64,000 nucleotides of DNA from an uncultured Desulfovibrionaceae bacterium (GTDB lineage Bacteria; Desulfobacterota; Desulfovibrionia; Desulfovibrionales; Desulfovibrionaceae). The notes below the pieces were generated by a model, which saw nothing but the letters and a program-made list of their open reading frames with translations, was not told where the DNA came from and ran no database searches. Shown in pieces: positions 22,816 to 32,672 of this stretch. The translations under genes were made by a program, and so were the position numbers. The stretch is from contig CASGAP010000010.1 of the NCBI GenBank assembly GCA_949299515.1, positions 7,621-71,620 on the forward strand, written 5' to 3'. Position 1 is the stretch's first letter; every line of letters starts with the position of its first letter.

Positions 22816-22845
22816 CGGTTATACGGTTATACGGTTATACGGTTA
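22816..22845. repeat. octanucleotide tandem repeat (CGGTTATA x3.75)
   Basis: CGGTTATACGGTTATACGGTTATACGGTTA lies in the 41-bp dxr-rseP spacer and abuts the dxr stop codon. Confidence 0.9.
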
Positions 22846-24078
22846 AGTTAATGGCGCCTGCCAGGTTTTGGCAATTGTGCGTATGTGTATATCCCGTTCT
22901 TCGATTTGCTGCAGAACTTTGTCCGGCGTGCCGGCGGCAAGGGAAAGTCTGTCCAGTTTTGCCGCCTGATTGAGCATGGCTTCTATGAGCTGCGGAATCT
23001 GCAGAAAAGCAATTTCTTTTGCCAAGAAGCGTTCCACGGCAATTTCGTTGGCTGCGTTGAGTTCGATGCAGAGATTGTCGCGGTAGGCCTGATATGCCAA
23101 ATCCAAACAGGGGAAATTGGTTCTGTCCGGTTTTTCAAAACTAAGAATTTGTGCGGTTAAGTCAAGGCTCGGCATGGAATTATTTTTTTGCGTGAGCATA
23201 AGCGGATAGGAAAATGCCGCGCATATGGGCAGTTTCATGTCCGGTACGGCAAGCTGGGCGGTAACGGAGCCGTCCTGCCATACGGCAAGGGAATGCACGA
23301 CGGACTGGGGGTGCACTGCCACGTCAACCTGTTCCAGGCTGATGCCGTATAAATGGCAGGCTTCGATGACTTCCAGCCCTTTGTTCATCAGTGTGGCGGA
23401 ATCTATGGTTATTTTTGCGCCCATTTTCCAGTTCGGGTGTTTCAGGGCGTCTTCTATGCCGACATGGTGCAGGAACTCTCTGCTTTTGCCGTGGAACGGG
23501 CCGCCCGATGCGGTAAGGATAAGGTTTTTGACGTTCTGCGCCGTGTTTGTGTGCGGCGCAAGGCACTGGAACAGGGCATAATGTTCGGAATCAACGGGAA
23601 TAACGGCGGCATTTTTGGCGTAGGCAAGGCTGCGTATGTATGCCCCTGCCAGCACGAGGGATTCTTTGTTGGCAAGTGCCACGTGTTTTCCGGCATTGAC
23701 TGCGGAAACAGTGGCGGCAAGGCCGGAAGCCCCTACCTGTGCGGAAAGCACCGTATCAACTTCCGGCAGGGAACTTATTTCTTTGTAGCCTTGTTTGCCG
23801 TGTAAAATTACGGGACTGTAACCGGGTTTTAATAAAGATTTTAATTGCGGGATATCCTGTTCGTACAAAACAGCAAGATAGGGGGGCGTAAATTCGTTGG
23901 CCTGCTGTGCCAGTTTTTGGATATTTTTGGCGCCTGCCAGTGCGTAAACGTGAAAGTATTCCCTGCTTTCGCGCACCACGCTCAGGGCGCTGCCGCCTAT
24001 TGTGCCCGTGGAGCCCAAAAGCGCCAGCCGCCTGGGGAACGAAGCGCAAATACCGGAAAGGGAGCTTATGTACTGCAT
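22843..24078 (-). CDS. dxr: 1-deoxy-D-xylulose-5-phosphate reductoisomerase
   Basis: LGSTGTIGGSAL NADPH-binding N-terminus and full-length Dxr collinearity. I chose the ATG at 24078 (MQYISS), which abuts the cdsA stop. Confidence 0.93.
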   Translation of the reverse strand: MQYISSLSGICASFPRRLALLGSTGTIGGSALSVVRESREYFHVYALAGAKNIQKLAQQANEFTPPYLAVLYEQDIPQLKSLLKPGYSPVILHGKQGYKEISSLPEVDTVLSAQVGASGLAATVSAVNAGKHVALANKESLVLAGAYIRSLAYAKNAAVIPVDSEHYALFQCLAPHTNTAQNVKNLILTASGGPFHGKSREFLHHVGIEDALKHPNWKMGAKITIDSATLMNKGLEVIEACHLYGISLEQVDVAVHPQSVVHSLAVWQDGSVTAQLAVPDMKLPICAAFSYPLMLTQKNNSMPSLDLTAQILSFEKPDRTNFPCLDLAYQAYRDNLCIELNAANEIAVERFLAKEIAFLQIPQLIEAMLNQAAKLDRLSLAAGTPDKVLQQIEERDIHIRTIAKTWQAPLT

Positions 24079-24079
24079 A

Positions 24080-24898
24080 TTACAATGCCCGGAGCAAAAG
24101 CGTAAAAAGTTCAAAGCCGGCTATGGTGAAGATGAGACTGTCCGTTCTGTCCAAAACGCCGCCGTGTCCGGGAAGTATGTTTCCGGAGTCCTTGATGTTG
24201 ACCGTGCGCTTCAGGCCGGATTCAAAAAAGTCGCCCATTTGGGCAAGCACGCCCAGAATAATTCCGAAAAGCAGGAGAACCGGAAATGAGGCATGGACAA
24301 CATGAAGCGCATAGGCAAAAAACAGGACAACCGCCACGGAAGCGCACAGGCCCACGGCACAGCCTTCCACGCTTTTTTTGGGGCTTACTGCCACCCAGAT
24401 TTTATGTTTGCCGAAGGTTATGCCGGCGAAATAGGCGAATGTGTCGGAAGCAATGGGAATAAGAGCCACAAGCAGCTGCTGGCTAAAGGAAAATTTGCTC
24501 ATGAAGCTGAAAATTACGGGCAGATACACAAAGGAAACAAAGCCGAGGGCGGCGCGTTTCATGTTGGCTGCGGCATTTTCCTGCGAGAAGTTTGCAAGGC
24601 CGGCAAAGGCGCTGACAAGGGCGGCAGTGCCGATGCCGAAAAGCGGGTTCAGATGCGGAACGTACCAGCAAAGGAGCAGGTGCGCAAATCCGAGGCCGCA
24701 GTAACATATTTTAAAAACCCGTTCTTTGTATTTGGGGTAAAAAAGGGTAAGGAATTCCCATTGTCCGAGAACGGACACAAGGCAAATAAAATAAAAAACC
24801 GCCGTACGGCCGAGATAAATGACCAGCGCCAAAATGGCCGCCAAAACAAGAGCAGTGCGGATACGGGTTTTGAGGGAAGAAAGTTTTGAGTCAGCCAT
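24080..24898 (-). CDS. cdsA: phosphatidate cytidylyltransferase
   Basis: CDS signature SGLKRTVNIKDSGNILPGHGGVLDRTDS, polytopic membrane protein. Confidence 0.93.
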   Translation of the reverse strand: MADSKLSSLKTRIRTALVLAAILALVIYLGRTAVFYFICLVSVLGQWEFLTLFYPKYKERVFKICYCGLGFAHLLLCWYVPHLNPLFGIGTAALVSAFAGLANFSQENAAANMKRAALGFVSFVYLPVIFSFMSKFSFSQQLLVALIPIASDTFAYFAGITFGKHKIWVAVSPKKSVEGCAVGLCASVAVVLFFAYALHVVHASFPVLLLFGIILGVLAQMGDFFESGLKRTVNIKDSGNILPGHGGVLDRTDSLIFTIAGFELFTLLLRAL

Positions 24899-24907
24899 AC
24901 GAGTTCC

Positions 24908-25684
24908 TTATGCGTCAATTTTTCCAAATCGGCGTTTTCTGTTTTGATACGCAATAAGGGCCTTTTCAAAGTCCTGTGCAGAAAAATCGGGCCAGTAGGT
25001 ATCCGTAAAATAAAATTCCGCATATGCCGCCTGCAGCAGATAAAAATTGCTGAGGCGCAGCTCTCCGCTGGTGCGGATGATGAGATCCGGATCGGGAAGG
25101 CTTGGCAGATACAGGTTATTGCGTAAATTTTGTTCGGTATAATGCTGTTTATCGAAAAGCGAAGCCAGGTAAGCCGCCAGCGCTTCGCTGTTGTGTGCAA
25201 GATCTTGGATTGTATGCAGGGTTTCGCCGTCAGTGAGAATTTGGGCGGCGCTTTGGCGCACTGCGTGCAGAATTTCGCTTGTGCCGGAATAATTGAGAGC
25301 CAGGGTAAGCTCCAGGCTGCCGCCGTTTTTTGTCCGTTCAACGGCATTTTGCAGGGAAATCTGCGCGTTTTCGGGAAGTTCTGTTTTGTCGCCGATCATG
25401 GAAAAGCGTATGCCTTCTTCCTGCATGAGCGGCAGTTCTTTTTCCACAAACTGGCAGAACAGTTCAAAAAGATAGCTGACTTCTTCTTTCGGTCTGTTCC
25501 AGTTTTCCGTGGAAAAGGCGTACAGGGAAAGATGCGGGATTTTATGGCGCAGACATTCTTTTATCACAAGCTCGACCGTTTTGGCTCCCGCCAGGTGGCC
25601 TTCGCTGCGGGCAAGGCCTTTTTCCGTTGCCCACCTGCCGTTGCCGTCCATGATGATTGCGATGTGTTTTGGTAATGCCGTCAT
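24908..25684 (-). CDS. uppS: isoprenyl transferase / undecaprenyl-diphosphate synthase
   Basis: HIAIIMDGNGRWA and RTSGELRLSNF motifs. I chose the ATG at 25684 (SD GAGGAAAG) because the longer start lies inside the frr terminator hairpin. Confidence 0.92.
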   Translation of the reverse strand: MTALPKHIAIIMDGNGRWATEKGLARSEGHLAGAKTVELVIKECLRHKIPHLSLYAFSTENWNRPKEEVSYLFELFCQFVEKELPLMQEEGIRFSMIGDKTELPENAQISLQNAVERTKNGGSLELTLALNYSGTSEILHAVRQSAAQILTDGETLHTIQDLAHNSEALAAYLASLFDKQHYTEQNLRNNLYLPSLPDPDLIIRTSGELRLSNFYLLQAAYAEFYFTDTYWPDFSAQDFEKALIAYQNRKRRFGKIDA

Positions 25685-25693
25685 TCTTTCCTC

Positions 25694-25724
25694 AAAAAAA
25701 GGCATGGCAAAGGCCATGCCTTTT
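25694..25724 (-). terminator. rho-independent terminator/attenuator after frr
   Basis: AAAGGCATGGC-CTTT-GCCATGCCTTTTTTT on the minus strand, directly after the frr stop. Confidence 0.75.
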
Positions 25725-25726
25725 AT

Positions 25727-26287
25727 TTAGATTTCCATGATTTCCTTTTCTTTTGCCGCAGCTTTTTGGTCGGCTTTGGCAACATAGGAATCGGTTATTT
25801 TTTGGATATCGTCCATAGCTTTTTTGAGTTCGTCTTCGCTCAGGGTTTTGTCTTTTTCCAGTTTTTTCAGACTGTCGTTGGCGTCGCGGCGGACGTTGCG
25901 GATGGCGATTTTTGCTTCTTCGGTGTATTTTTTGCAGACTTTTACCAAATCTTTGCGGCGGTCTTCGGTAAGCGGCGGAATGCTGATGCGCACTACTTTG
26001 CCGTCGTTCTGCGGATTAAGACCGAGATCGGAATTCAGGATTGCTTTTTCGATAAGAGCCATTGCGCCTTTATCCCAGGGTTGAATGGTTACGGTTCTGC
26101 TGTCCGGGCAGGAAACCGTGGACATTTGCTGCACAGGGGTAGGGGTGCCGTAGTAATCTACTTTGATATTGTCCACCAAAGAAGTAGATGCGCGGCCCGT
26201 GCGGAGTTTGCCGAACTCTTTGTCCAACGCAACAAGCGCTTTTTCCATGCGTTCTTCTGCGTCAAGCATGAGGGTATTTTTATCCAT
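25727..26287 (-). CDS. frr: ribosome recycling factor
   Basis: 186-aa product from the ATG at 26287 (SD GGAGAA) with typical Frr sequence ([21 protein letters not shown]). Confidence 0.95.
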   Translation of the reverse strand: MDKNTLMLDAEERMEKALVALDKEFGKLRTGRASTSLVDNIKVDYYGTPTPVQQMSTVSCPDSRTVTIQPWDKGAMALIEKAILNSDLGLNPQNDGKVVRISIPPLTEDRRKDLVKVCKKYTEEAKIAIRNVRRDANDSLKKLEKDKTLSEDELKKAMDDIQKITDSYVAKADQKAAAKEKEIMEI

Positions 26288-26288
26288 A

Positions 26289-27005
26289 TTATTCTCCTTC
26301 AACTATTGTTCCTGTGTTTTCTCCACAGACAACTCTTTTTATGTTTCCGCCTAAAATATTGCAGACAATGATAGGCATACGGTTTTCGCGGGCAAGGGTA
26401 ATGGCCGTGGCGTCCATTACTTTCAGTTCCTTGTCAAGGGTTTCTCTGTAGGTAATGCGTTCGTAGCGCACGGCGTCGCTGTGCTTTTCCGGATCTTTGT
26501 TGTAAATGCCGTCCACGCGGGTAGCTTTGATAATGGCTTCGCAGCGCAGTTCCATGGCGCGCAGGGCTGCCGCGGTGTCTGTGGTGAAATAGGGATTGCC
26601 CGTGCCGCCCGCGCAAATGACGATGCGGCCTTTTTCCAAATGGCTCAGCCCTTTGCGGCGGATATACGGTTCGCACAGTTCCGTTGTTTCAATGGCGGAA
26701 AGAACGCGGGTGGGTTTGCCCATTTTCTCCAGAGATTCCTGTACTGCCATGGCATTCAGGATAGTTGCGAGCATTCCCATATAGTCTGCCGTTGCCCGTT
26801 CCATGCCTTTGGCGGAAGAGGATATGCCGCGGAAAATGTTGCCGCCGCCGATAACCAGCACAAGTTCCAGGCCCATATCGTGCACATCAGCAATTTCTTT
26901 ACAAATGGCAGTTACTGTTTCAGGGTCTATGCCGAAGCCTTTTTCGCCTGCTAACGATTCGCCGCTTAATTTTAACATGATGCGGCGGTATGTTAAATTG
27001 CTCAT
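26289..27005 (-). CDS. pyrH: UMP kinase
   Basis: [11 protein letters not shown] and GGGNIFRG motifs. The start is ATG 27005, or ATG 27011 overlapping the upstream stop. Confidence 0.94.
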   Translation of the reverse strand: MSNLTYRRIMLKLSGESLAGEKGFGIDPETVTAICKEIADVHDMGLELVLVIGGGNIFRGISSSAKGMERATADYMGMLATILNAMAVQESLEKMGKPTRVLSAIETTELCEPYIRRKGLSHLEKGRIVICAGGTGNPYFTTDTAAALRAMELRCEAIIKATRVDGIYNKDPEKHSDAVRYERITYRETLDKELKVMDATAITLARENRMPIIVCNILGGNIKRVVCGENTGTIVEGE

Positions 27006-27007
27006 GG

Positions 27008-27832
27008 TCATTTCCTTTTTGTGTTGTGTTTTGGCAATTCGGATAAACTTTGCACATAGGGCTTGCCCCATGTTCCTTCGTCTACGCGAATATATTTTAA
27101 AAATGTATAAAATGCGATATGCAGGGCATTGATAAAACCGGCTTTTCCGTCAAGAAAGCCTTTTTTGAGGATATACATGGAAAAAAAGCGCCAAAAAGAA
27201 TGGAAAAGCGCTTTGCCGAGGCCCCCTTTCCTGCCTTCCGCGCGCATGGCGTCCGCTCCGCGGTCTGCATAGCCGTTGATTTTTTTCATTTGGTGGGTAA
27301 AGCTTTCATAGGAATAATGCAGCAGGTCGCCGTCCAACACGGCGTGTTCCTTGGTCGGAACATAAACGGGGTGGCCGTTTTTTTGGGAAACGGCAATGCC
27401 TTCTGGCTTGAAGAGGCGGAAAAGTCTGTCGGGGTACATACCGCCGTGATAGAGAAATCTGTCGTAATACCAGGTAAGGCGCGATACTTGGTAGGCGCTT
27501 GCGGCAGCGTTCTGTGCAAGGGCGGAGCGGATTTTTTCCCGCAGTTCCGCAGAGCAGATTTCGTCGCAGTCCAAAAAGAAAATCCATTCCGACGGTGCGT
27601 TTTGGTTTATCCAGTCAATGCCGAACCGGATTTGTTCCATATAGCCTTCAAACGGATTTTCAATGAAAACGGTGCCGTGTTTTTCGCAGATTTCTTTTGT
27701 TCTGTCCGTGCTGTAGGAATCAATGACAACAATATTGTCGCAGAAAGCCAAAGACTGAAGACAGGAATCAATGGTCCTTTCTCCGTTTAAAACAATAATC
27801 AGTGCTGTCAGTTTGGCTTTTTTTTCTGTCAT
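27008..27832 (-). CDS. family 2 glycosyltransferase
   Basis: 274-aa ORF with the GT-A N-terminus [26 protein letters not shown] and a DCDE (DXD-like) motif. Confidence 0.8.
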   Translation of the reverse strand: MTEKKAKLTALIIVLNGERTIDSCLQSLAFCDNIVVIDSYSTDRTKEICEKHGTVFIENPFEGYMEQIRFGIDWINQNAPSEWIFFLDCDEICSAELREKIRSALAQNAAASAYQVSRLTWYYDRFLYHGGMYPDRLFRLFKPEGIAVSQKNGHPVYVPTKEHAVLDGDLLHYSYESFTHQMKKINGYADRGADAMRAEGRKGGLGKALFHSFWRFFSMYILKKGFLDGKAGFINALHIAFYTFLKYIRVDEGTWGKPYVQSLSELPKHNTKRK

Positions 27833-27854
27833 ACAATATAGGCTGTTTTTTGCG

Positions 27855-27886
27855 CAAAAAATAAGACAGGTTTAACCTGCCTTATT
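27855..27886 (-). terminator. rho-independent terminator after tsf
   Basis: ATAAGGCAGG-TTAAA-CCTGTCTTATTTTTT on the minus strand. Confidence 0.7.
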
Positions 27887-27915
27887 TTTTCTAAAATTTC
27901 AAGCAAAAACTTGAA

Positions 27916-28773
27916 CTATTCACCAAGTACGAGGCGTTGGAAACCGATAATTTTGAATTCTGCGCCGGCGTCTTTGGAAGCTTGTTTCTGGTAATCGGCA
28001 ATGCTCATTTTGTCATCGCGGATATAAGCCTGTTCCATGAGGCAAATTTCTTTGCAGTATTTTTTTACTGCGCCTTCGGCGATTTTTTCAACGATATTGT
28101 CGGGTTTGCCTTCTTCTTTTGCTTTGTTGCGGTAAACTTCGCGTTCTCTTTCAAGAAGAGCGGGGTCTACGCTTTCGGCGTTGAGGGCAACGGGATTGGT
28201 TGCTACAACCTGCATGGCGATGTTTTTGGCAAATTCAACGGCAGCAGCTTCGTTGCCGGTGGCGGCAACTTCTACCAAAGCGGCAAGTTTGCCGTTGGAG
28301 TGAACGTATGCGCCGACAATGCCTTCGGCACATTCGGCTTTGTGGGCTTTGCCGAGAAGAATGTTTTCGCCGATGGCGGCTACGGCTTCGCCGATTGCTT
28401 CTTTCAGGGTTGTGCCTTTGAAGCTGTGGCCGAGCATTTCTTCGGTGTCGGCGGTGAAGTTGTCGAATGCGTGGTCGGCAACGTCTTTTGCAAATTCAAT
28501 GAATTTGTCGCCGCGGGCTACGAAGTCGGTTTCGCATTTTACTTCAACGGCAACGGCTTTTTTATTATTGTCGGCAACTTTAAGGATAATGATGCCTTCT
28601 TCTGCTGCGCGGTCAGCGCGTTTTGCAGCTTTGGCAAGACCTTTTTGACGGAGCCAGTCAATTGCTTTTTCGATGTCGGCACCGCTTTCTTCAAGCGCTT
28701 TTTTGCAGTCCATCATGCCTGCACCGGTTTTTTCGCGAAGGTCTTTTACCATGGAAGCGGTAATTTGGCTCAT
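27916..28773 (-). CDS. tsf: translation elongation factor Ts
   Basis: MSQITASMVKDLREKTGAGMMDCKKAL N-terminus from the ATG at 28773 (SD GGAGAT). Confidence 0.95.
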   Translation of the reverse strand: MSQITASMVKDLREKTGAGMMDCKKALEESGADIEKAIDWLRQKGLAKAAKRADRAAEEGIIILKVADNNKKAVAVEVKCETDFVARGDKFIEFAKDVADHAFDNFTADTEEMLGHSFKGTTLKEAIGEAVAAIGENILLGKAHKAECAEGIVGAYVHSNGKLAALVEVAATGNEAAAVEFAKNIAMQVVATNPVALNAESVDPALLEREREVYRNKAKEEGKPDNIVEKIAEGAVKKYCKEICLMEQAYIRDDKMSIADYQKQASKDAGAEFKIIGFQRLVLGE

Positions 28774-28800
28774 TGTATATCTCCGATTGGCTATAAAGTT

Positions 28801-28830
28801 GAAAAGAGTGCCGCAATCGGGTTGCGGCAC
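28801..28830 (-). terminator. stem-loop/attenuator between rpsB and tsf
   Basis: GTGCCGCAA-CCCGA-TTGCGGCAC followed by UCUUUUC on the minus strand. Confidence 0.5.
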
Positions 28831-28854
28831 ACGGCAATCTGTCAAAACAGAAAA

Positions 28855-29634
28855 TTATTCAGCGGCTTCCTGTTCGGCTTTTTCAGCTTGGGCAGCTTCG
28901 GCTTCGTTTTTGGCGGCAATGGTTTCAAGATCCACTACTTCGCCGTCTTTGCCCATTGCTGCGCCTTCGAGGCACGCATCGGCCATGGCGCTTACAAAGA
29001 GTTTGATGGCGCGGATAGCGTCGTCGTTGCCGGGAATGATGTAGTCGATAACATCGGGATCGCAGTTGGTATCGGTAATGGCAACTACGGGAATGCCGAG
29101 TTTGCGGCATTCTTTAATGGCGATGTCTTCGCGGTGCGGGTCGATAACGAAAGCAAGCTGCGGAATGCCCTGCATATCTTTGATACCGCCCAAGGTGAGG
29201 TTGAGTTTGTCAAGTTCACGTTGGAAGGTAAGAACTTCTTTTTTGGAATAGCGGTTGATGGTGCCGTCTGCAAACATTTGTTCGAGTTTTTTAAGACGGT
29301 CTACGCTTTTTTGAATGGTAACGAAGTTGGTGAGGGTGCCGCCCATCCAGCGGTTGGTTACATAGGGCTGGCCTGCTCTTTCGGCTTCCTGGGCAACGGC
29401 TTCCTGTGCCTGGCGTTTGGTGCCGATGAAAAGAACTTTGCCGCCGTTGGCTACGGTTTCAACGATTTTGTCGTGAGCGGTGCGGAAAAGTTTAACGGTT
29501 TGCTGCAGGTCGATGATATGTACGCCGTTGCGTGCGCCGAAGATGTACGGACGCATTTTAGGGTTCCAGCGGCGGGTTTGGTGGCCGAAATGCACACCGG
29601 TTTCGAGCATTTGTTTCATGCTTACGTAAGCCAT
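28855..29634 (-). CDS. rpsB: 30S ribosomal protein S2
   Basis: [28 protein letters not shown]-terminus, with an acidic C-terminal tail. Confidence 0.96.
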   Translation of the reverse strand: MAYVSMKQMLETGVHFGHQTRRWNPKMRPYIFGARNGVHIIDLQQTVKLFRTAHDKIVETVANGGKVLFIGTKRQAQEAVAQEAERAGQPYVTNRWMGGTLTNFVTIQKSVDRLKKLEQMFADGTINRYSKKEVLTFQRELDKLNLTLGGIKDMQGIPQLAFVIDPHREDIAIKECRKLGIPVVAITDTNCDPDVIDYIIPGNDDAIRAIKLFVSAMADACLEGAAMGKDGEVVDLETIAAKNEAEAAQAEKAEQEAAE

Positions 29635-29811
29635 GATAATTCCTCCAAGGGTTTTTTTCTTCCATTTTCACCCAATGCTTTTCACCCTGATAATTCTATC
29701 TTGCCGAAATAACACAGTTATTCTGGTATGTGCGGTATCGGCGCTTACGGGACCCCAAGCAGCTGTGAAAATGTGTTTAGTGAATAACCAAAGTTTTTTA
29801 TGGTATTTTTT

Positions 29812-30756
29812 TTATTTTGGCAAGCAAAATCCTTTAAAATTTAATTTTTTTTTGGCGGCAAGGTAGGCGTTTACCCGTTCTTCGGCGTTTGCTTCGATAT
29901 TTTTGAAGAACAGGGGATAATTGTAGCTGTGCAGGTCGCCTTTCGGAAAATATTCGCGCGGCGGGGCCGTTTCCGTATTGAAAATGTCGGCGATGACCGC
30001 CCCGATTTTTTTGTTTATCCATGTGTTTGTTGCGTTTTTGTGAATAATCTGCGTTCCGTCTTCCTTGGTTTCCATGAAGCCGAGGTGTTTGGATTTGTCG
30101 GCTTTTTCTTCGCTTTGCGTCCAGGTAAGCGGGTTGACGCAAAGAGCCCCGGGCAGGATTGTAAAGCCTTTTTCCGCGCCTTCGGCAAGGGTATTGTAGC
30201 TTATTATGCAGTTTAAATCCGTCGGGCTTTGGCACAGACGCATACCGAGGCCGTCCAGATCGGCCTGGGTAACGGTAAAGCCGATGATGTATGCCGCCAC
30301 AAGGTTTTGGGGCAGCTCGCCGCAGGCTTTCAGGTGCTTGAGCAGTTCCAGAATTAAAATCGAGCCTTGGCTGTTGCCTGCCAGAATAAGCGGTCTGCCG
30401 CTGTTCCAGTGTGTCATGAAATGGCGGTAGGCGGCGGTAATGTCTTCAACGGGCACGCGGTAATAGTTTTTTATGGTTTCCCAGTCGTTGAGATGGGCTT
30501 CCATGGTCAGCTGGCGGTATTGGGGCTGGTAGACGCGGCAGGTTTTTTCGTAAGCGCCGGCATGAATCATGCGCGGTCTGAACGGCAGGAGCCGGTGTTC
30601 TTCGTTTCGGGGATCAAAATATATTTCCGTTTTGCTGTGCAGAACGGTTCCGTGCACAAAAAACACGTCGGCTTTTTGGGCGGCGCTTTGGCTGCTGTCG
30701 GGCAGTTTGACCCAAAAATAGGGGTCGTCGTAATTCGGTTTTGGGGGAATGTTCAT
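29812..30756 (-). CDS. DUF3089-like alpha/beta hydrolase
   Basis: ADVFFVHGT, YQPQYRQ and GRPLILAGNSQGS (GxSxG nucleophile elbow) follow the DUF3089 lipase-like pattern. Confidence 0.65.
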   Translation of the reverse strand: MNIPPKPNYDDPYFWVKLPDSSQSAAQKADVFFVHGTVLHSKTEIYFDPRNEEHRLLPFRPRMIHAGAYEKTCRVYQPQYRQLTMEAHLNDWETIKNYYRVPVEDITAAYRHFMTHWNSGRPLILAGNSQGSILILELLKHLKACGELPQNLVAAYIIGFTVTQADLDGLGMRLCQSPTDLNCIISYNTLAEGAEKGFTILPGALCVNPLTWTQSEEKADKSKHLGFMETKEDGTQIIHKNATNTWINKKIGAVIADIFNTETAPPREYFPKGDLHSYNYPLFFKNIEANAEERVNAYLAAKKKLNFKGFCLPK

Positions 30757-30777
30757 TGTTCGTTCTCGAAGCTTCTT

Positions 30778-32115
30778 TTAAGATATGTAAATAATTCCGT
30801 TTTGGCTGTCCTCGCCCGGGAGGGCGGTAAGGATTTTTGTCGTGCCGCCTGTCAGTTCAAAGGTGTTTTCAATGCCTATCATGCCGAATCCCGGAATGCC
30901 TATTTTGGGTTCGCAGGCAATGACCATGCCGTCCTGCAGGGGATTTTTGAAGCCTTTTGCGATAACCGGAAATTCGTCGACGGTAAGTCCTATGCCGTGG
31001 CCGAGGAAAGGCACGCTGTTTGCCCCGAAGCCCATGAAGTTTTCCGCAAATCCGAAACGTTTTGCCGCGGCAAGGCTTGCAAGCCAAAGTTCTTCGGGCA
31101 CTGCGCCCCGTTTCATGCCGTTCAGGACGGTTTCCTGTATTTCGCGGCAGCAGGCAAGGGCCTTTTTGGCCGTATCGGGAAGTTCCTGTTCCGTGCCGTA
31201 AAAATAGCACTGGGTTTTGTCCGTGAGATACCCTTGATAATTGAACAGCATATCCACGCACAGCGGTTCGCCCTTCTGCCAGATTTTTTCGGAGCCGAGG
31301 CAGGGCAGGGCGGGGTGCAGGCCTGCAAAGCCCATGGCGCCGTTGTAATAATGCGCTCGGTTTAAATTGTCGCCGCAGGCAATGTGGCCGTAAAACGCTT
31401 CTTCGCCGTGGGCGGACATCCGGCACATGAAGCCGTGTCCGAGTTCCGTATACAGCTGAATGCAGAGTTTGGCTATGTTCAGTTCCGAAAGGTCTTTTTG
31501 GCTGCTGTATTTGTCTTGGCATGGTTTGGCAAGTTCCTGCAGTTCCGGGCAGGTCTGCAGGAGCGATGGCAGGGGCAGGCCGCTGCCGCCGGCTGCCTGC
31601 TGCAGGAAAACGGGCAGGATTTTTTCAAGGACAAGAGCCTGCCTTTTGCCTGCTTCGCGGATTTTTTCCAGTTCATACGGGCTTTTTATGCTGCGCACGG
31701 TTTTTATTTCCGTGTCAATGTTTATCGGAGTGCGGCCGGAAAAAGCTTTGATTTTGCTGAGGAAAAGCCTGGCAAGCTGATAGGTGAGGCCTGACTGTTC
31801 CATGCCGTATTCCGCATTGGGGTTCAGCGGCAGGCCGATGTCGGCGCAGATATTTTCAATTTCGGAATAGGATTTGTAGGCGTAAATATGGGTAAAGGGA
31901 CATTCCTGTTTTGCCCGTTCCAGGCCTTTGCGCACGAACAGCACGGGATCGCCCTGCAGAGGAATGTACAATACGCCGTTTGCAGGCGTTCCTGAAAAAT
32001 AATAAATGCTTATGCGGGAAAAAATAAATATTCCCCGTACGGAAGGCACGGCGGCATGAACGGTGTTTCTGACGGCGGCAATGCGGCTGTATAGTTCGGT
32101 TTGCGGAGTAAGCAT
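30778..32115 (-). CDS. M24 family metallopeptidase (Xaa-Pro aminopeptidase-like)
   Basis: Pita-bread C-terminal domain with metal-ligand contexts VDM..LTD, GHGIGLTVDE, ACEP and GIENTF, plus a creatinase-like N-terminal domain. Confidence 0.8.
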   Translation of the reverse strand: MLTPQTELYSRIAAVRNTVHAAVPSVRGIFIFSRISIYYFSGTPANGVLYIPLQGDPVLFVRKGLERAKQECPFTHIYAYKSYSEIENICADIGLPLNPNAEYGMEQSGLTYQLARLFLSKIKAFSGRTPINIDTEIKTVRSIKSPYELEKIREAGKRQALVLEKILPVFLQQAAGGSGLPLPSLLQTCPELQELAKPCQDKYSSQKDLSELNIAKLCIQLYTELGHGFMCRMSAHGEEAFYGHIACGDNLNRAHYYNGAMGFAGLHPALPCLGSEKIWQKGEPLCVDMLFNYQGYLTDKTQCYFYGTEQELPDTAKKALACCREIQETVLNGMKRGAVPEELWLASLAAAKRFGFAENFMGFGANSVPFLGHGIGLTVDEFPVIAKGFKNPLQDGMVIACEPKIGIPGFGMIGIENTFELTGGTTKILTALPGEDSQNGIIYIS

Positions 32116-32175
32116 GGCAGTCCTTTGTTTTTTTTTGTGGCTGTCAAAATACGCCAGAAGCAGATTTTTGGCAAT

Positions 32176-32193
32176 AATTAACCGCGGTTAATT
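32176..32193. promoter_or_regulatory. perfect 18-bp palindrome AATTAACCGCGGTTAATT in a divergent intergenic region
   Basis: Lies between the M24 peptidase start (32115, minus) and the CoA-binding protein start (32258, plus). Candidate operator. Confidence 0.35.
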
Positions 32194-32257
32194 TAAAGAT
32201 TGAAAGTTTTTATAATACAGGATATGGGTAAAGAATATTTACTGCATGGAGTGTGCT

Positions 32258-32671
32258 ATGTTTTTTGATGCGCAGCTGAAGCGCCTTTTAGAAGAAAATT
32301 CCGTTGTTGCCGTTGTGGGTGCCAAAGATAAGCCCGGCTCTCCCGTCGATCATGTGGGGCGCTATCTTATGGAACAGGGATACGAAGTTTTGCCCGTGCA
32401 CCCCGTACGCAAAGATGTTTGGGGCCTGCCGACATACAAAAGCCTGGCGGAATTGCCAAAGGCTCCGGATATAGTATGCTTTTTCAGGACGTCTGAAGCC
32501 TGCCTTGAGCACGCAAGGGAAATTTTGGCGCTGCCGTGGCGGCCGAAAGTGTTTTGGATGCAGCTTGGCATAAGCAATGCCGAAGCAGGGGAGCTTATGG
32601 CAAAAGAAGGCGCTGCCGTTGTGGAAGATGCGTGCATTGAAGTAGAACATAAACGGATTTTCGGAAAATAA
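32258..32671 (+). CDS. CoA-binding domain protein (YccU/YneT-like)
   Basis: VVAVVGAKDKPGSPVDHVGRYLMEQGYEVLPVHP Rossmann-like CoA-binding pattern. ATG 32258 has GGAG 6 nt upstream. Confidence 0.8.
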   Translation: MFFDAQLKRLLEENSVVAVVGAKDKPGSPVDHVGRYLMEQGYEVLPVHPVRKDVWGLPTYKSLAELPKAPDIVCFFRTSEACLEHAREILALPWRPKVFWMQLGISNAEAGELMAKEGAAVVEDACIEVEHKRIFGK

Positions 32672-32672
32672 T

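Noticed and set aside
25685-25717. Longer uppS start (MAFAMPFFEER).
   Set aside because: The extra codons are the two arms of the frr terminator hairpin (GGCATGGC/GCCATGCC). The ATG at 25684 has its own SD.
27937-29712. Very long antisense ORFs. This 591-aa one lies opposite tsf/rpsB. Others of the same kind:
- 57042-58448 opposite tig
- 17403-18818 opposite por
- 39543-40979 opposite ppiD
- 34365-35561 opposite adk
- 7878-9062 opposite the SulP gene
- 4497-5543 opposite dsbD
- 53677-54441 opposite lon
- 30367-31365 opposite the DUF3089/M24 genes.
   Set aside because: Each overlaps a strongly conserved, motif-bearing gene on the other strand. Their translations are low-complexity (F/G/A/V/R-rich) with no recognisable motifs and no SD sequences. 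Open antisense frames are an expected by-product of the codon bias of the real genes.
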